This document shows, in pieces, positions 35,612-44,672 of a stretch of DNA of 64,000 nucleotides. A program made the translations under genes and the position numbers. Within the stretch, counting starts at the first letter, position 1, and every line of letters starts with the position of its first letter. Under the pieces are notes generated by a model. The model was not told where the DNA came from. It worked only from the letters and a program-made list of their open reading frames with translations, and ran no database searches. Origin of the DNA: an uncultured Solirubrobacterales bacterium (GTDB lineage: Bacteria; Actinomycetota; Thermoleophilia; Solirubrobacterales; 70-9); the NCBI GenBank assembly GCA_963844395.1, contig CAWJNX010000001.1, positions 857,252 to 921,251 on the forward strand. The letters run 5' to 3'.

Positions 35612-35627
35612 TTGACTGACCAGTCAA
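35612..35627. promoter_or_regulatory. TetR-type palindromic operator candidate TTGACTGACCAGTCAA
   Basis: It has 7-bp perfect arms. It lies in the divergent region between the nitrilase-tetR operon and the cyclase gene. A near copy occurs at 59566-59581. Confidence 0.45.
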
Positions 35628-35644
35628 TCGGTGTGTTTCAGTAT

Positions 35645-38600
35645 ATGAGCCGGCGGGGCGTACGATTGCCTTCCGTGACCAGTATCGAGCGCATCGAGGC
35701 CGACGGCGAGCGCAAGCAGGTAACGGTGCTCTTCGCCGACGTCAAGGGCTCGATGGACCTGGCCGAGCAGCAGGATCCCGAGCAGTGGCGGCGGATCATG
35801 CAGGGCTTCTTCTCGATCCTCGCCGACGAGGTGAAGCGCTTCGAGGGTACGGTCGACAAGTTCACCGGCGACGGGATCATGGCCGTGTTCGGCGCCCCCG
35901 TCGCCCACGAGGACCACGCGCGCCGCGCCTGCTACGCGGCGCTGCGGATGCTCGACGACATCGCCGCGTACGCGGCGGATCTGCGCCGCAAGCACGGGCT
36001 GAATTTCTCCGCCCGGATCGGCCTCAACTCGGGCGAGGTTGTGGCAGGTGCGATCGGCGCCGAAGGCGAGGAGGAGGGCGAGTACACGGCGATCGGCCAT
36101 ACCGTCGGCCTCGCGCAGCGGATGGAGGCGCTTGCCGAGCCGGGCAAGGCCTACCTGACCGAGGACGCCGCTGAGCTGGCACGCGGTTTCTTCGAGCTGG
36201 AGGACCTGGGCGAGTTCGAGATCAAGGGCGCCAGCCGCCCGGTCCGCGTCTTCGAGCTGGCCGGGGTCGGTTCGGCGCGCTCGCGGCTCGACCTCTCCCG
36301 CGATCGGGGCTTCACCCGCTTCGTCGGCCGCAACGAGGAGATGTCGGTCCTCGAAGGAGCCTTGGAGCGGGCCAAGGCGGGCGAGGGCGCCGCGGTCGGG
36401 ATCGTCGCCGAGCCCGGGATCGGCAAGAGCCGGCTCTGCCATGAGCTCGCCGAGCGTGCCCGGGCAAGCGGCATCGAAGTATTCGAATGCCAGGCCCAGT
36501 CGCATGGGCGCGAGATCCCCTTCATGCCCGTGCTGCAGATGCTGCGCTCCTACTTCGGCGTCGCCGACGGCGACCCGGAGCGAATCGTTCGCGAGAAGAT
36601 CGCCGGGCGGGCGCTGCTGCTTGATCCCGCGCTCGCCGACGACCTGCCGCTGCTCTTCGACTTCCTCGGCGTGCCCGACCCCGAGCGACCCCTCCCCCAG
36701 CTCAGTGCCGAGGCCCGCCACCGGGCGCTGCGCGGGGTCGTCTGCAAGCTGATCAGAGCGCCGCAGCGCCGCGACCCGATCGTCACCATCGTCGAGGACC
36801 TGCACTGGATCGACGAGGCGAGCGAGGTCCTGCTCGGAGAACTGCTCGGCTCGGTTGAGGGAACGCAGACGCTGGCGATCGTCAACTTCCGTCCCGAATA
36901 CGAAGCCCCCTGGACCGGCCCTGCCGACTACGACCAGATCTTGCTGCAGCCGCTCGGCCCGGCGAACACGCGGGAGCTGCTCCGCGACCTGGCCGGCGAC
37001 GACCCTTCACTGGACGGCCTCGGCGAGCTGATCCACGAGCGCACCGATGGCAATCCGTTCTTCATCGAGGAGATCGTCCGCGCGCTTGCCGAGACCGGCC
37101 ATCTCGAGGGAACGCGGGGCGCCTACCGGCTGGCCCGGCCGGTCGAGGACGTCGGCGTGCCGGCGACCGTGCAGACGGTGCTCGCGGCGCGAATCGACAG
37201 GCTCGAGCCCGAAGCCAAGCGACTGCTGCAGGCGGCTTCCGTAGCGGGCAAGGAGATCAGCGAGCGGACGCTGGTCCTCGTCGGCGGGCTCGTCGAGCGC
37301 GACGCTGGCGAGGAGGCACTGCGCGAGCTGATCGAGGCGGGCTTCCTCTACGAGCTGGAGCTCTATCCGGAGCGGATCCTTGCCTTCCGCCACCCGCTGA
37401 CCCGCGAGGTCGCCTACGGCACTCAGCTCGCCGAGCAGCGCCAGGCGACCCATGCCGCGGTCGCGCGGGCGATGGTCGAGCTGAACCCGGACCGCCACGA
37501 GGAGCTCGCGGCGCTGATCGCGAGTCACATGGAACAGGGCGGCGAGACGCTGGAAGCCGCGCGCTGGGCCGCGCGCGCCGCCCACTGGGCGGGGCACAGC
37601 CGGCCGCACGACGCGCTGCGGCTGTGGCAGACGGTGACGAAGCTGGCGGGAGAGCTCGAGCAGAGCGAGGAGGCCGATGCGTTCGCCGTCTCCTCGCGCC
37701 TGCTGCAGCTCGATTACGCCTGGCGCCTCGGAATGGGGCGCGAGGAGAGCGCTCGGCTCGAGGCGGAGGCGGAGGCGATAGCACGAAGGATCGTCGACCT
37801 ACGCTCGCTGGCGCTGCTGCAGATGCTGCGCTCGGGGCGCCCCGGCCTCGAGCAGACGACGGCGGAGTGGATCGAGGGCGTCGCCGAGGCGAGGCAGCTC
37901 GCCGACGAGTCGGGCGACCACCATCTGCGCGTCGCGATCCGCGCCGCCGGGGCCTATGCCTACCTCTGCGCCGCCGACTTCGAGGGCCTCGACCGAGCCG
38001 CCGACGAGGTGCTCGAGCTGGCCGGAGACGACCAGGGATGCGGCGCCGGGATCATCATCGGCTCGCCGGTTGCCTGGGCGCTGGGGGCGAAGGCGATCGT
38101 CTGCCGCGAGCGCACCGCATTCGAGCAGGGCGAACGGCTGCTGGACAGGGGACTACAGATCGCCGAGGCGCAGGGCGACCCGGAGACCGCCAGCTGGAAC
38201 CGCGGCACCAAGGCACAGCTGCTGGCGATGCGCGGCGATCCCGATGCCGGCGTCGCGGTGGGCCGCCGCAACTGCGAGCTGACCGAGCGGCTCGGCGACG
38301 TCTTCTCGCGCAGCCTGGCGCTGGGCAATCTGGGTTCGGCCCAGCTCGCGGCGGAGGACTACGCGGCGGCGCTGGACTCCTTCGAAGAAGCGGAGCGCCT
38401 CTATCGCGAGGCGAGGGAGGGCGGCGACGAGCTGGAGCCGTGGCGGGCGGGGGCGCGAGCCGAGGCGCTGACCGGACTCGGCCGGGCCGAGGAAGCGGTC
38501 GAGATCGCCGCCTGGGCGGCGGACGTCGCCCGCAAGCGCGAACTGCGCTGGTCGCTGCCGCTCGTCCTGCTGGCGCTGGGCCGCGCCCGTGCGGCCAGCG

Positions 38601-38722
38601 GCCGCGGCGACGCGCGTGAGGCGCTCGACGAAGCGGCGGCGGTCGCCACCGAGACCGGCTCGAAAGTCACGCTCGACGCGATCGAGGAAGAGCGCGAAGC
38701 ATTGACCGCCAGCGCTCGCTGA
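35645..38722 (+). CDS. Class III adenylate/guanylate cyclase domain fused to a AAA/STAND ATPase and TPR-like repeats
   Basis: It has ...RKQVTVLFADVKGSMDL...FTGDGIMAVFGAP..., then GxxGIGKSRL (EPGIGKSRL), then a long helical-repeat C-terminus. I prefer the ATG at 35645 over the TTG at 35612, which lies inside the palindrome. Confidence 0.85.
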   Translation: MSRRGVRLPSVTSIERIEADGERKQVTVLFADVKGSMDLAEQQDPEQWRRIMQGFFSILADEVKRFEGTVDKFTGDGIMAVFGAPVAHEDHARRACYAALRMLDDIAAYAADLRRKHGLNFSARIGLNSGEVVAGAIGAEGEEEGEYTAIGHTVGLAQRMEALAEPGKAYLTEDAAELARGFFELEDLGEFEIKGASRPVRVFELAGVGSARSRLDLSRDRGFTRFVGRNEEMSVLEGALERAKAGEGAAVGIVAEPGIGKSRLCHELAERARASGIEVFECQAQSHGREIPFMPVLQMLRSYFGVADGDPERIVREKIAGRALLLDPALADDLPLLFDFLGVPDPERPLPQLSAEARHRALRGVVCKLIRAPQRRDPIVTIVEDLHWIDEASEVLLGELLGSVEGTQTLAIVNFRPEYEAPWTGPADYDQILLQPLGPANTRELLRDLAGDDPSLDGLGELIHERTDGNPFFIEEIVRALAETGHLEGTRGAYRLARPVEDVGVPATVQTVLAARIDRLEPEAKRLLQAASVAGKEISERTLVLVGGLVERDAGEEALRELIEAGFLYELELYPERILAFRHPLTREVAYGTQLAEQRQATHAAVARAMVELNPDRHEELAALIASHMEQGGETLEAARWAARAAHWAGHSRPHDALRLWQTVTKLAGELEQSEEADAFAVSSRLLQLDYAWRLGMGREESARLEAEAEAIARRIVDLRSLALLQMLRSGRPGLEQTTAEWIEGVAEARQLADESGDHHLRVAIRAAGAYAYLCAADFEGLDRAADEVLELAGDDQGCGAGIIIGSPVAWALGAKAIVCRERTAFEQGERLLDRGLQIAEAQGDPETASWNRGTKAQLLAMRGDPDAGVAVGRRNCELTERLGDVFSRSLALGNLGSAQLAAEDYAAALDSFEEAERLYREAREGGDELEPWRAGARAEALTGLGRAEEAVEIAAWAADVARKRELRWSLPLVLLALGRARAASGRGDAREALDEAAAVATETGSKVTLDAIEEEREALTASAR

Positions 38723-39466
38723 CTACCCGCGGCTGGCGCGGTGTCGCTCGAGCTCGGCGACCATCAGCTTGGTGTGGAGGGCGGCGATCAGGTCCTGGAG
38801 GGGCTGGGAGCCGGCTTCGAGCATCTCGACTACGCGCTCGGGCGGGACCTCGCCGGCGAGGCGGTTCATCACCATCTCCACCTCCTGCTTGACCAACTCC
38901 TCCAGGGCGCTCTTGTAGCGGAGGGTGTCGTAGACGGTGAAGCCGATCTCCTCGTCGTAGCCGCCGGCGCGGAAGCGGCCGATCGCCTCGATGATCTTGA
39001 TGTCGGAGGGGGAGTAGCCACGTGAGTTCGGGCTGAGGACCTCGAGCTCCTCGAGCCGGTCGAGCACCTCCTTCGGTATGCCGTAGCGCTCGCGCACCTC
39101 GGCGGCGCTGGTCCGGGTGCGCTCGCCGGCCAGGGCCCGGTCGAGGATGCGGTCCTCCAACTCGACCAGGGCGCGGGCGCGCTCGGGGTCTTCGTCGAGC
39201 ACCGCCTTGATCGCCTTCAACGGCATGAAGCGCTCCTCCTGCAGCTGCTTGATCAGCTTGATCCGGTCGACGAATACCGGCGGGTAGTAGGCCATGTTGC
39301 GGCTCGTCTTGACCGGCTCGGGCAGCAGGCCCTCGCGCAGGTAGTGCTTGATGGTCGGCACCGGCACCCCGCTGGCCTCGGCCAGCTCCCCCATCCGCAG
39401 CAGCTTCTCGGGCCGATGGGCCGAAAACGACACCCCGACTGTCGTTTTCGGCCCGTCGGCGGTCAT
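38723..39466 (-). CDS. MerR-family transcriptional regulator
   Basis: The ATG at 39466 gives ...LLRMGELAEASGVPVPTIKHYLREGLLP.... It has an ATGA overlap with the upstream CoA-transferase stop. Confidence 0.85.
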   Translation of the reverse strand: MTADGPKTTVGVSFSAHRPEKLLRMGELAEASGVPVPTIKHYLREGLLPEPVKTSRNMAYYPPVFVDRIKLIKQLQEERFMPLKAIKAVLDEDPERARALVELEDRILDRALAGERTRTSAAEVRERYGIPKEVLDRLEELEVLSPNSRGYSPSDIKIIEAIGRFRAGGYDEEIGFTVYDTLRYKSALEELVKQEVEMVMNRLAGEVPPERVVEMLEAGSQPLQDLIAALHTKLMVAELERHRASRG

Positions 39467-40695
39467 GCGCGGAAGGTGGTCTCGGCCGCACTCGGGCCTG
39501 CGGCGGCACCGGAGTCGAGCATCGCGGCGATCTCCTCGTCGGAGTAGCCGGCCTCGCGCAGCGCCTCGCCGGTGTGCTCGCCGAAGGCCGGCGCCGGCCG
39601 AGTCGGGTCGCCCGGAGTGCGGCTCATCTTCACCGGCACGCCGAGCTGGCGCACCGTCCCGAGCTGCGGCTGCTGCATCTCGATCACCATCTCGCGGGCG
39701 CGGACAAGCTCGGAGTCGAGCGCCTCGTTGACGTCGAGGACCGGCTCGATGCAGCAGTCGTGCTCGTCGTTGAAGGCCTTCCATTCGTCGCGGCTGCGCG
39801 AGCGGAAGACCGCGGCGACCTCGCGCCAGGCGTCCGATCCCGGTGCCTCGAATTGCATCTCGATCAAGTCCGGCCGCTCGACCCCACCGCAGAAGGAGGC
39901 CCAGAACTTCGGCTCCAGCGCCCCGCAGGTGACCCAGCCGTCGGCGGCCTCGTAGGGCAGGTAGCAGAGCAGTCCGCCGGCGAGCTGCTGTTCGCCGCGG
40001 CGCGGCACCTCGCCGTCGCAGAAGTAGCGGCCGGCAACGAGCGCCAGCCAGGAGAGCGCCCCGTCGGCCATCGATACGTCCACCAGTTGTCCCTCGCCGC
40101 TGCGGCGACGCTCGTGCAGCGCCGCCATCACCCCGAGGGCCGCCATCATGGCGCCGCCGCCGATGTCAGCGATCTGGCCGCCGGACTGGACCGGCGGCCC
40201 GTCCTTCTCCCCGGTCAGACCGAGCAACCCGACCAGGCCGAGGTAGTTCATGTCGTGTCCGGCGCGCTGGGTGTAAGGACCGTCCTGGCCGTAGCCGGTG
40301 ATCGCGCAATAGACAATCGCGGAGTTGGCTTTGCGCATCCGCTCGTAGCCGACGCCAAGCCGGTCGAGCACACCGGGGCGGAAGCCGTCGAGGACGACGT
40401 CGTAGCGCTCGACCAGCCGCAGCAGGGCCTCGCGCCCGGCATCGGACTTGAGGTCGAGGCGGACCGAGCGCTTGCCGCGGTTGAGCGCCAGGTAGAGCGC
40501 CGAGCGCGTGCCCAGCTCCTGCTGCTCGTCGCCGCCGTAGTAAGGGGGCGCCCAGCGAATGTAGTCGCCCATGCCGGTGTCCTCGACCTTCAGTACCTCG
40601 GCGCCGAGGTCGGCGAGCAGCAGCGAGCAGAAGCCGCCGGGCAGCAGCCGGGTCAGGTCGAGGACGCGGACGTCGGCGAGGGGCAGGGCGGGCAT
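39463..40695 (-). CDS. CaiB/BaiF family (type III) CoA-transferase
   Basis: MPALPLADVRVLDLTRLLPGGFCSLLLADLGAEVLKVE is the family's signature N-terminus. Confidence 0.9.
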   Translation of the reverse strand: MPALPLADVRVLDLTRLLPGGFCSLLLADLGAEVLKVEDTGMGDYIRWAPPYYGGDEQQELGTRSALYLALNRGKRSVRLDLKSDAGREALLRLVERYDVVLDGFRPGVLDRLGVGYERMRKANSAIVYCAITGYGQDGPYTQRAGHDMNYLGLVGLLGLTGEKDGPPVQSGGQIADIGGGAMMAALGVMAALHERRRSGEGQLVDVSMADGALSWLALVAGRYFCDGEVPRRGEQQLAGGLLCYLPYEAADGWVTCGALEPKFWASFCGGVERPDLIEMQFEAPGSDAWREVAAVFRSRSRDEWKAFNDEHDCCIEPVLDVNEALDSELVRAREMVIEMQQPQLGTVRQLGVPVKMSRTPGDPTRPAPAFGEHTGEALREAGYSDEEIAAMLDSGAAAGPSAAETTFRA

Positions 40696-40698
40696 GCG

Positions 40699-40824
40699 GT
40701 CACCCCCTGTGCGAATTTAGTCGCGGGCCCTTCGGGCCTCGCTCCGGATGTTCGTGCCCGCCTATGGCGGGCAATAGACAGATTGCATTTCGCGGCCTTC
40801 GGCCACATTCGCCCAGGGGGCGAC
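40699..40824. repeat. MITE-like palindromic element, copy 1 (126 bp)
   Basis: The terminal inverted repeats are gtcaccccctgtgcgaat (40699-40716) and attcgcccagggggcgac (40807-40824), matching at 16 of 18 positions. The central hairpin is tgcccgcctatggcgggca (40755-40773). Confidence 0.7.
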
Positions 40825-40940
40825 CGCATGCCCGCCCTACACGCTCGAGAAGCTCATCTCCTCGGCAAGTCCCGAACTCAGACCGCAAAAGCTCGTCCTC
40901 CGTTGCCGCAGCTCGAACATCAGCCGGAGCGGCTTGAGAG

Positions 40941-41084
40941 GGAGGAGCCGGTGCCCGTCTGCGGGAATGTCGCGAAGCGGCGATATGCAATCTGATGTCT
41001 GCCCGCCATAGGCGGGCAGCGTGTTCCGGAGCCATGCCCGAAGGGCAGGCGACCAAATTCCCGCAGACGGGCACCGGCTCCTCC
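40941..41084. repeat. MITE-like palindromic element, copy 2 (144 bp), inverted relative to copy 1
   Basis: The 28-bp terminal inverted repeats are perfect: ggaggagccggtgcccgtctgcgggaat (40941-40968) and its complement (41057-41084). The interior aligns by eye to the reverse complement of copy 1 (gaatgt..gcgaag..atgcaatctg..tgcccgccataggcgggca..tccggagc..gcccgaagggc..gcgac.aaattc). Confidence 0.7.
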
Positions 41085-41096
41085 CCACACTGGCCG

Positions 41097-41993
41097 CTAC
41101 GCGGGAGATCGCTCACGCTTCGGCACTCCCAGCAGCTCGCGGGCCTCGGCGACGGTCGCAGCACGGCGGCCGACGTCCTCGGCCATCTGGCGTGCCTTGG
41201 CGATCAGGTCGCCGTTGGAGCGTGCCATCTCGCCGTTCGGCAGGTAGAGGTTGTCCTCGACTCCGGCGCGGACGTTACCCCCCAGCACCAGCGCCGCGCC
41301 GAGCAGTTTCCACTGGTCGCGCGAGATGCCGATCGTCTGCCACTGGTTGGGGCCTTCGGAGCCGCCCGGGATTTGGTCGGCCATGAAGCCGACATTGCGC
41401 GGCGTCGGCCGGATTCCGCCGTTGACTCCCATGACCAGCGAGATCTGCAGGGGCTCGCGCTCCAGCAGGCCCATGTCGATCAGCGGATCGAGGTTGGCGA
41501 CATGGCCGGCGTCGAAGCACTCGTGCTCGGGCTTGATCCCCAGCTCCCGCATCGCCGTCAGGAACTCGATGATGGTGTCGAAGCTGTTCTCGAAGACCGC
41601 CTTGAAGACGAAGTCCTTGCGCCGCGAGGAGTACTTGGCGTAGTTCATCGAGGACATGTTCAGGGCGGCCACGTCTGGCTTCAGCTCGCGCAGGTACTCG
41701 ATCCGCTTCTCGATCGGGATGCCGATCGCCCCGGTCGAGTAGTTGACGATCACGTCGCCGACCTCGGCCAGGATCGCCTCGGTGATCGCCCGGAAGTCCT
41801 CGACCTCGTAAGAGGGGGTGCCGTCCGGCTGCCGGGCGTGGATGTGGATCTGCGAGGCACCCTCGTTGACCGCCCGCCGCGCCTCGGCCGCGTACTCCTC
41901 CGGCGTATAAGGGATCGCCGGGCACTGGTCGCGGTTGGCGATCACGCCCGAGATCGAGCAAGAGATGACGACAGGATCGTTGAATTGACTCAT
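41097..41993 (-). CDS. 3-keto-5-aminohexanoate cleavage enzyme family (BKACE, DUF849) protein
   Basis: It has ...VVISCSISGVIANRDQCPAIPYTPEEYAAEARRAVNEGASQIHIHAR.... Confidence 0.85.
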   Translation of the reverse strand: MSQFNDPVVISCSISGVIANRDQCPAIPYTPEEYAAEARRAVNEGASQIHIHARQPDGTPSYEVEDFRAITEAILAEVGDVIVNYSTGAIGIPIEKRIEYLRELKPDVAALNMSSMNYAKYSSRRKDFVFKAVFENSFDTIIEFLTAMRELGIKPEHECFDAGHVANLDPLIDMGLLEREPLQISLVMGVNGGIRPTPRNVGFMADQIPGGSEGPNQWQTIGISRDQWKLLGAALVLGGNVRAGVEDNLYLPNGEMARSNGDLIAKARQMAEDVGRRAATVAEARELLGVPKRERSPA

Positions 41994-42129
41994 CGCAAAC
42001 CTCCCCAGGACGTGAAAACCAAGCAGGTCGGGGGATGCAGGGAGGACGACGAGGGGAGCGCACTTAGGTGCGTGACCCGAGGAGGACGACCGAAGACCCC
42101 GAGATGCGCCGGTTTGCAGCGTCCTGGGC

Positions 42130-43752
42130 TCATACCGGCATCACCCCGTGCCGTTTCTTCGGCTTCTCTACGTGCTTGTTGCGGGCCATGCGCAGCGCCT
42201 TGACGATCGTCGGGCGGGTCTCGCGCGGGTCGATGATGTCGTCGATCACCGCGTTGCCGGCGGCGATGTAGGGGTCGATCTGCTCGCGAACCGCGTTCAA
42301 CATCGCCTCGCGGGTCGCCTCCGGGTCCTCGGAAGCCTCGATCGCCGAGCGGCCGATGATGTTGACCGCGCCCTCGGCGCCCATCACCGAAATCTCCGCC
42401 CCCGGCCAGGCGACGATCAGATCGGGCTCGTAGGCCTTGCCGCACATCACGTAGTAGCCGGCGCCGTAGGCCTTGCGGACGATCACCGTCACCTTCGGCA
42501 CCGTGGCGCGGCTGACTGCGTAGAGCATCTTTGCCCCGTGGCGAATGATCCCGGCGTGCTCGACCTTCGCCCCGACCATGAAGCCGGGGACGTCCTGGAG
42601 GAAGACGAGCGGGATGTTGAAGGCGTCGCAGAGGTTGATGAAGCGCGCCGCCTTGTCGGCCGAGTCGTTGTCGAGGATGCCGGCCAGCTGCTTGGGCTGG
42701 TTGGCGACGATCCCCACGGGCTGACCGCCGAAGCGGGCGAAGCAGGTGATCAGGTTCTTGGCGAACTTCGGCTTCAGATCGAACCACTCGCCGTCGTCGA
42801 CGATCTCGCCGATCACGTCGTACATGTCGTATGGCTGGCGCGAGGACTCGGGGACGATCTCCAGCAGCTTCTCCGACATGCGGTCGTCGGGATCGGCGGT
42901 CTCGATAACGGCCGGCTTGTGCTCGCAGTTGGCCGGGAAGTAGGAGAGGTATTTCTTGACGGCCTCGATGCACTCCGGGTCGTCCTTGACCTCGAGGTCT
43001 CCCACCCCCGATTTGCGGCAGTGGACCTTGGCACCGCCGAGCTCCTCCATCGTGATGTCCTCGCCGGTCACAGCTTTGGTCAGGTGCGGGCCGGCCAGCG
43101 CCATCGCGCCCTGGCCGGAGACCATCGGCACGAAATCCGCCAGCGCCGGGATGTAGGCGGTGCCGGCCGCGCAGGGGCCCATCATCGCGGCGACCATCGG
43201 GATCACGCCCGACATTTCGACCTCCTCGCGGAAGAGGAAGCCGGAGCCGGCGAAGAGTGAGCCCGATGCCTCCTGGATGCGGGCGCCGGCCGAGTCGAGC
43301 AGCCAGACGAACGGCATTCGCTTGGAGAGCGCCATCTCGCGCAGGCGGGTCACCTTCAGCTCGCCGGTCATCCCCATCGAGCCGGCCATCACGGTGAAGT
43401 CGTAGGCGGCGATGCAGGTGGGGCGACCATCGACGTCGCCCCAGCCGGTGATCACGCCGTCGGCCGCCGCCTCCACCCCGTCCATCGCCCGCTGGGCGAA
43501 GTGGGGCCGGCCGTGGATTCCCATCTCGACGAAGGTCCCCTCGTTGACCAGCAGGTCGATCCGCTCGCGGGCGGTCAGCTTGCCGCGCCCGTGCTGCTTG
43601 GCGATCTTCTCCTCGCCGCCGCCGAGTTTCGCCTTCTCGCGCCGCTGGTGCAGCTGGTCAGTTAGCTCGTCCAGAGGCGCGGTGCCAGGAAGGAGGTTCT
43701 TCGCCTGCTCCTCGGCCTGCCGTTCCTGCTGGTGTTCCTCGGTGCTCGCCAT
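42130..43752 (-). CDS. Acyl-CoA carboxylase carboxyltransferase (beta) subunit
   Basis: 540 aa. It has ...GKLTARERIDLL... and two crotonase-like CT halves (...DSAGARIQE..., ...PKVTVIVRKAYGAGYY). Confidence 0.9.
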   Translation of the reverse strand: MASTEEHQQERQAEEQAKNLLPGTAPLDELTDQLHQRREKAKLGGGEEKIAKQHGRGKLTARERIDLLVNEGTFVEMGIHGRPHFAQRAMDGVEAAADGVITGWGDVDGRPTCIAAYDFTVMAGSMGMTGELKVTRLREMALSKRMPFVWLLDSAGARIQEASGSLFAGSGFLFREEVEMSGVIPMVAAMMGPCAAGTAYIPALADFVPMVSGQGAMALAGPHLTKAVTGEDITMEELGGAKVHCRKSGVGDLEVKDDPECIEAVKKYLSYFPANCEHKPAVIETADPDDRMSEKLLEIVPESSRQPYDMYDVIGEIVDDGEWFDLKPKFAKNLITCFARFGGQPVGIVANQPKQLAGILDNDSADKAARFINLCDAFNIPLVFLQDVPGFMVGAKVEHAGIIRHGAKMLYAVSRATVPKVTVIVRKAYGAGYYVMCGKAYEPDLIVAWPGAEISVMGAEGAVNIIGRSAIEASEDPEATREAMLNAVREQIDPYIAAGNAVIDDIIDPRETRPTIVKALRMARNKHVEKPKKRHGVMPV

Positions 43753-43755
43753 TGC

Positions 43756-44547
43756 CTACCTTCCCTTCCACTGCGGCTCGCGCTTCTCGAAGAAGGCGCT
43801 GACGCCCTCGACTATGTCCTCGGTCGAGAAGGTGAGCGAGAGCTGCGAGCGCAGGTACTCGAGTGCGTCGTTGACCGCCATGTCCTGCTGGCGGTACATC
43901 GCGTCGTGGCCGAGCCGCATCAGTACCGGGCTCTTGGAGGCCAGCTTGCCGGCCCACTCGGCGACCGCGGCGTCGAACTCGGCGGCCGGGACGACCTTGT
44001 TGGCAAGCCCGTACTCGACCGCTTCCTCGGCACTCAGCCGCTCGCCTAGCAGCATCATCTCGTTGACCTTCTTGCGCGGGACGTTGCGGTAGATGATCGC
44101 CATGATCATGTAGGGGAAGGCGCCGACGTTGATCTCCGGCGTGCCGAAGGTGGCGCCCTCTTTCGCGATCAGCAGGTCGCAGGAGAGGGCAAGGCCCATT
44201 CCCCCCGCCAGCACGTGCCCGTTGGCTGCGCAGAGCGACGGCTTACCGAGCCGCGGCATCAGCCGGAAGAACTCCAGGAAGAGGTCGGTGGCGAAGTGTT
44301 TGGCGACAAGCGGCGCGTCGACTGCGAAGCCGCCGAGGTCGGCGCCCGCGCAGAACGCCTTGTCGCCGGCGCCGGTGAGGACGACTGCGCGCGCCTCCTC
44401 GTCGTCACGCGCCGTCTTCATCGCATCGACCAGCTCGGTCAGCATCTGCCCCGAGAGCATGTTGCGCTTCTCCGGGTTGTTCAGGGTCACCGTGGCGACT
44501 CCATCGGCGACCTCGTACTTGACGACTTCGTAGCTGTCCGCGTTCAT
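43756..44547 (-). CDS. Enoyl-CoA hydratase/isomerase family protein
   Basis: It has ...VATVTLNNPEKRNML...VVLTGAGDKAFCAGADL...ANGHVLAGGMGLALSCDL. Confidence 0.9.
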   Translation of the reverse strand: MNADSYEVVKYEVADGVATVTLNNPEKRNMLSGQMLTELVDAMKTARDDEEARAVVLTGAGDKAFCAGADLGGFAVDAPLVAKHFATDLFLEFFRLMPRLGKPSLCAANGHVLAGGMGLALSCDLLIAKEGATFGTPEINVGAFPYMIMAIIYRNVPRKKVNEMMLLGERLSAEEAVEYGLANKVVPAAEFDAAVAEWAGKLASKSPVLMRLGHDAMYRQQDMAVNDALEYLRSQLSLTFSTEDIVEGVSAFFEKREPQWKGR

Positions 44548-44672
44548 CGGCGTCGGCGCTCCATGGCCGGGACCATAGCCGACTCTGTCGAAAGTAGGAA
44601 GTGCTACTGTCCACCGGTACTTGGCGGTCAGAACCGCCCCGCGCAGCGACCCAGCGACCCGAGGAGAGACCC

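Noticed and set aside
35612-35644. The TTG at 35612 as the start of the cyclase-ATPase gene (longest ORF).
   Set aside because: The TTG is the first base triplet of the 16-bp palindrome. The ATG at 35645 gives a normal N-terminus.
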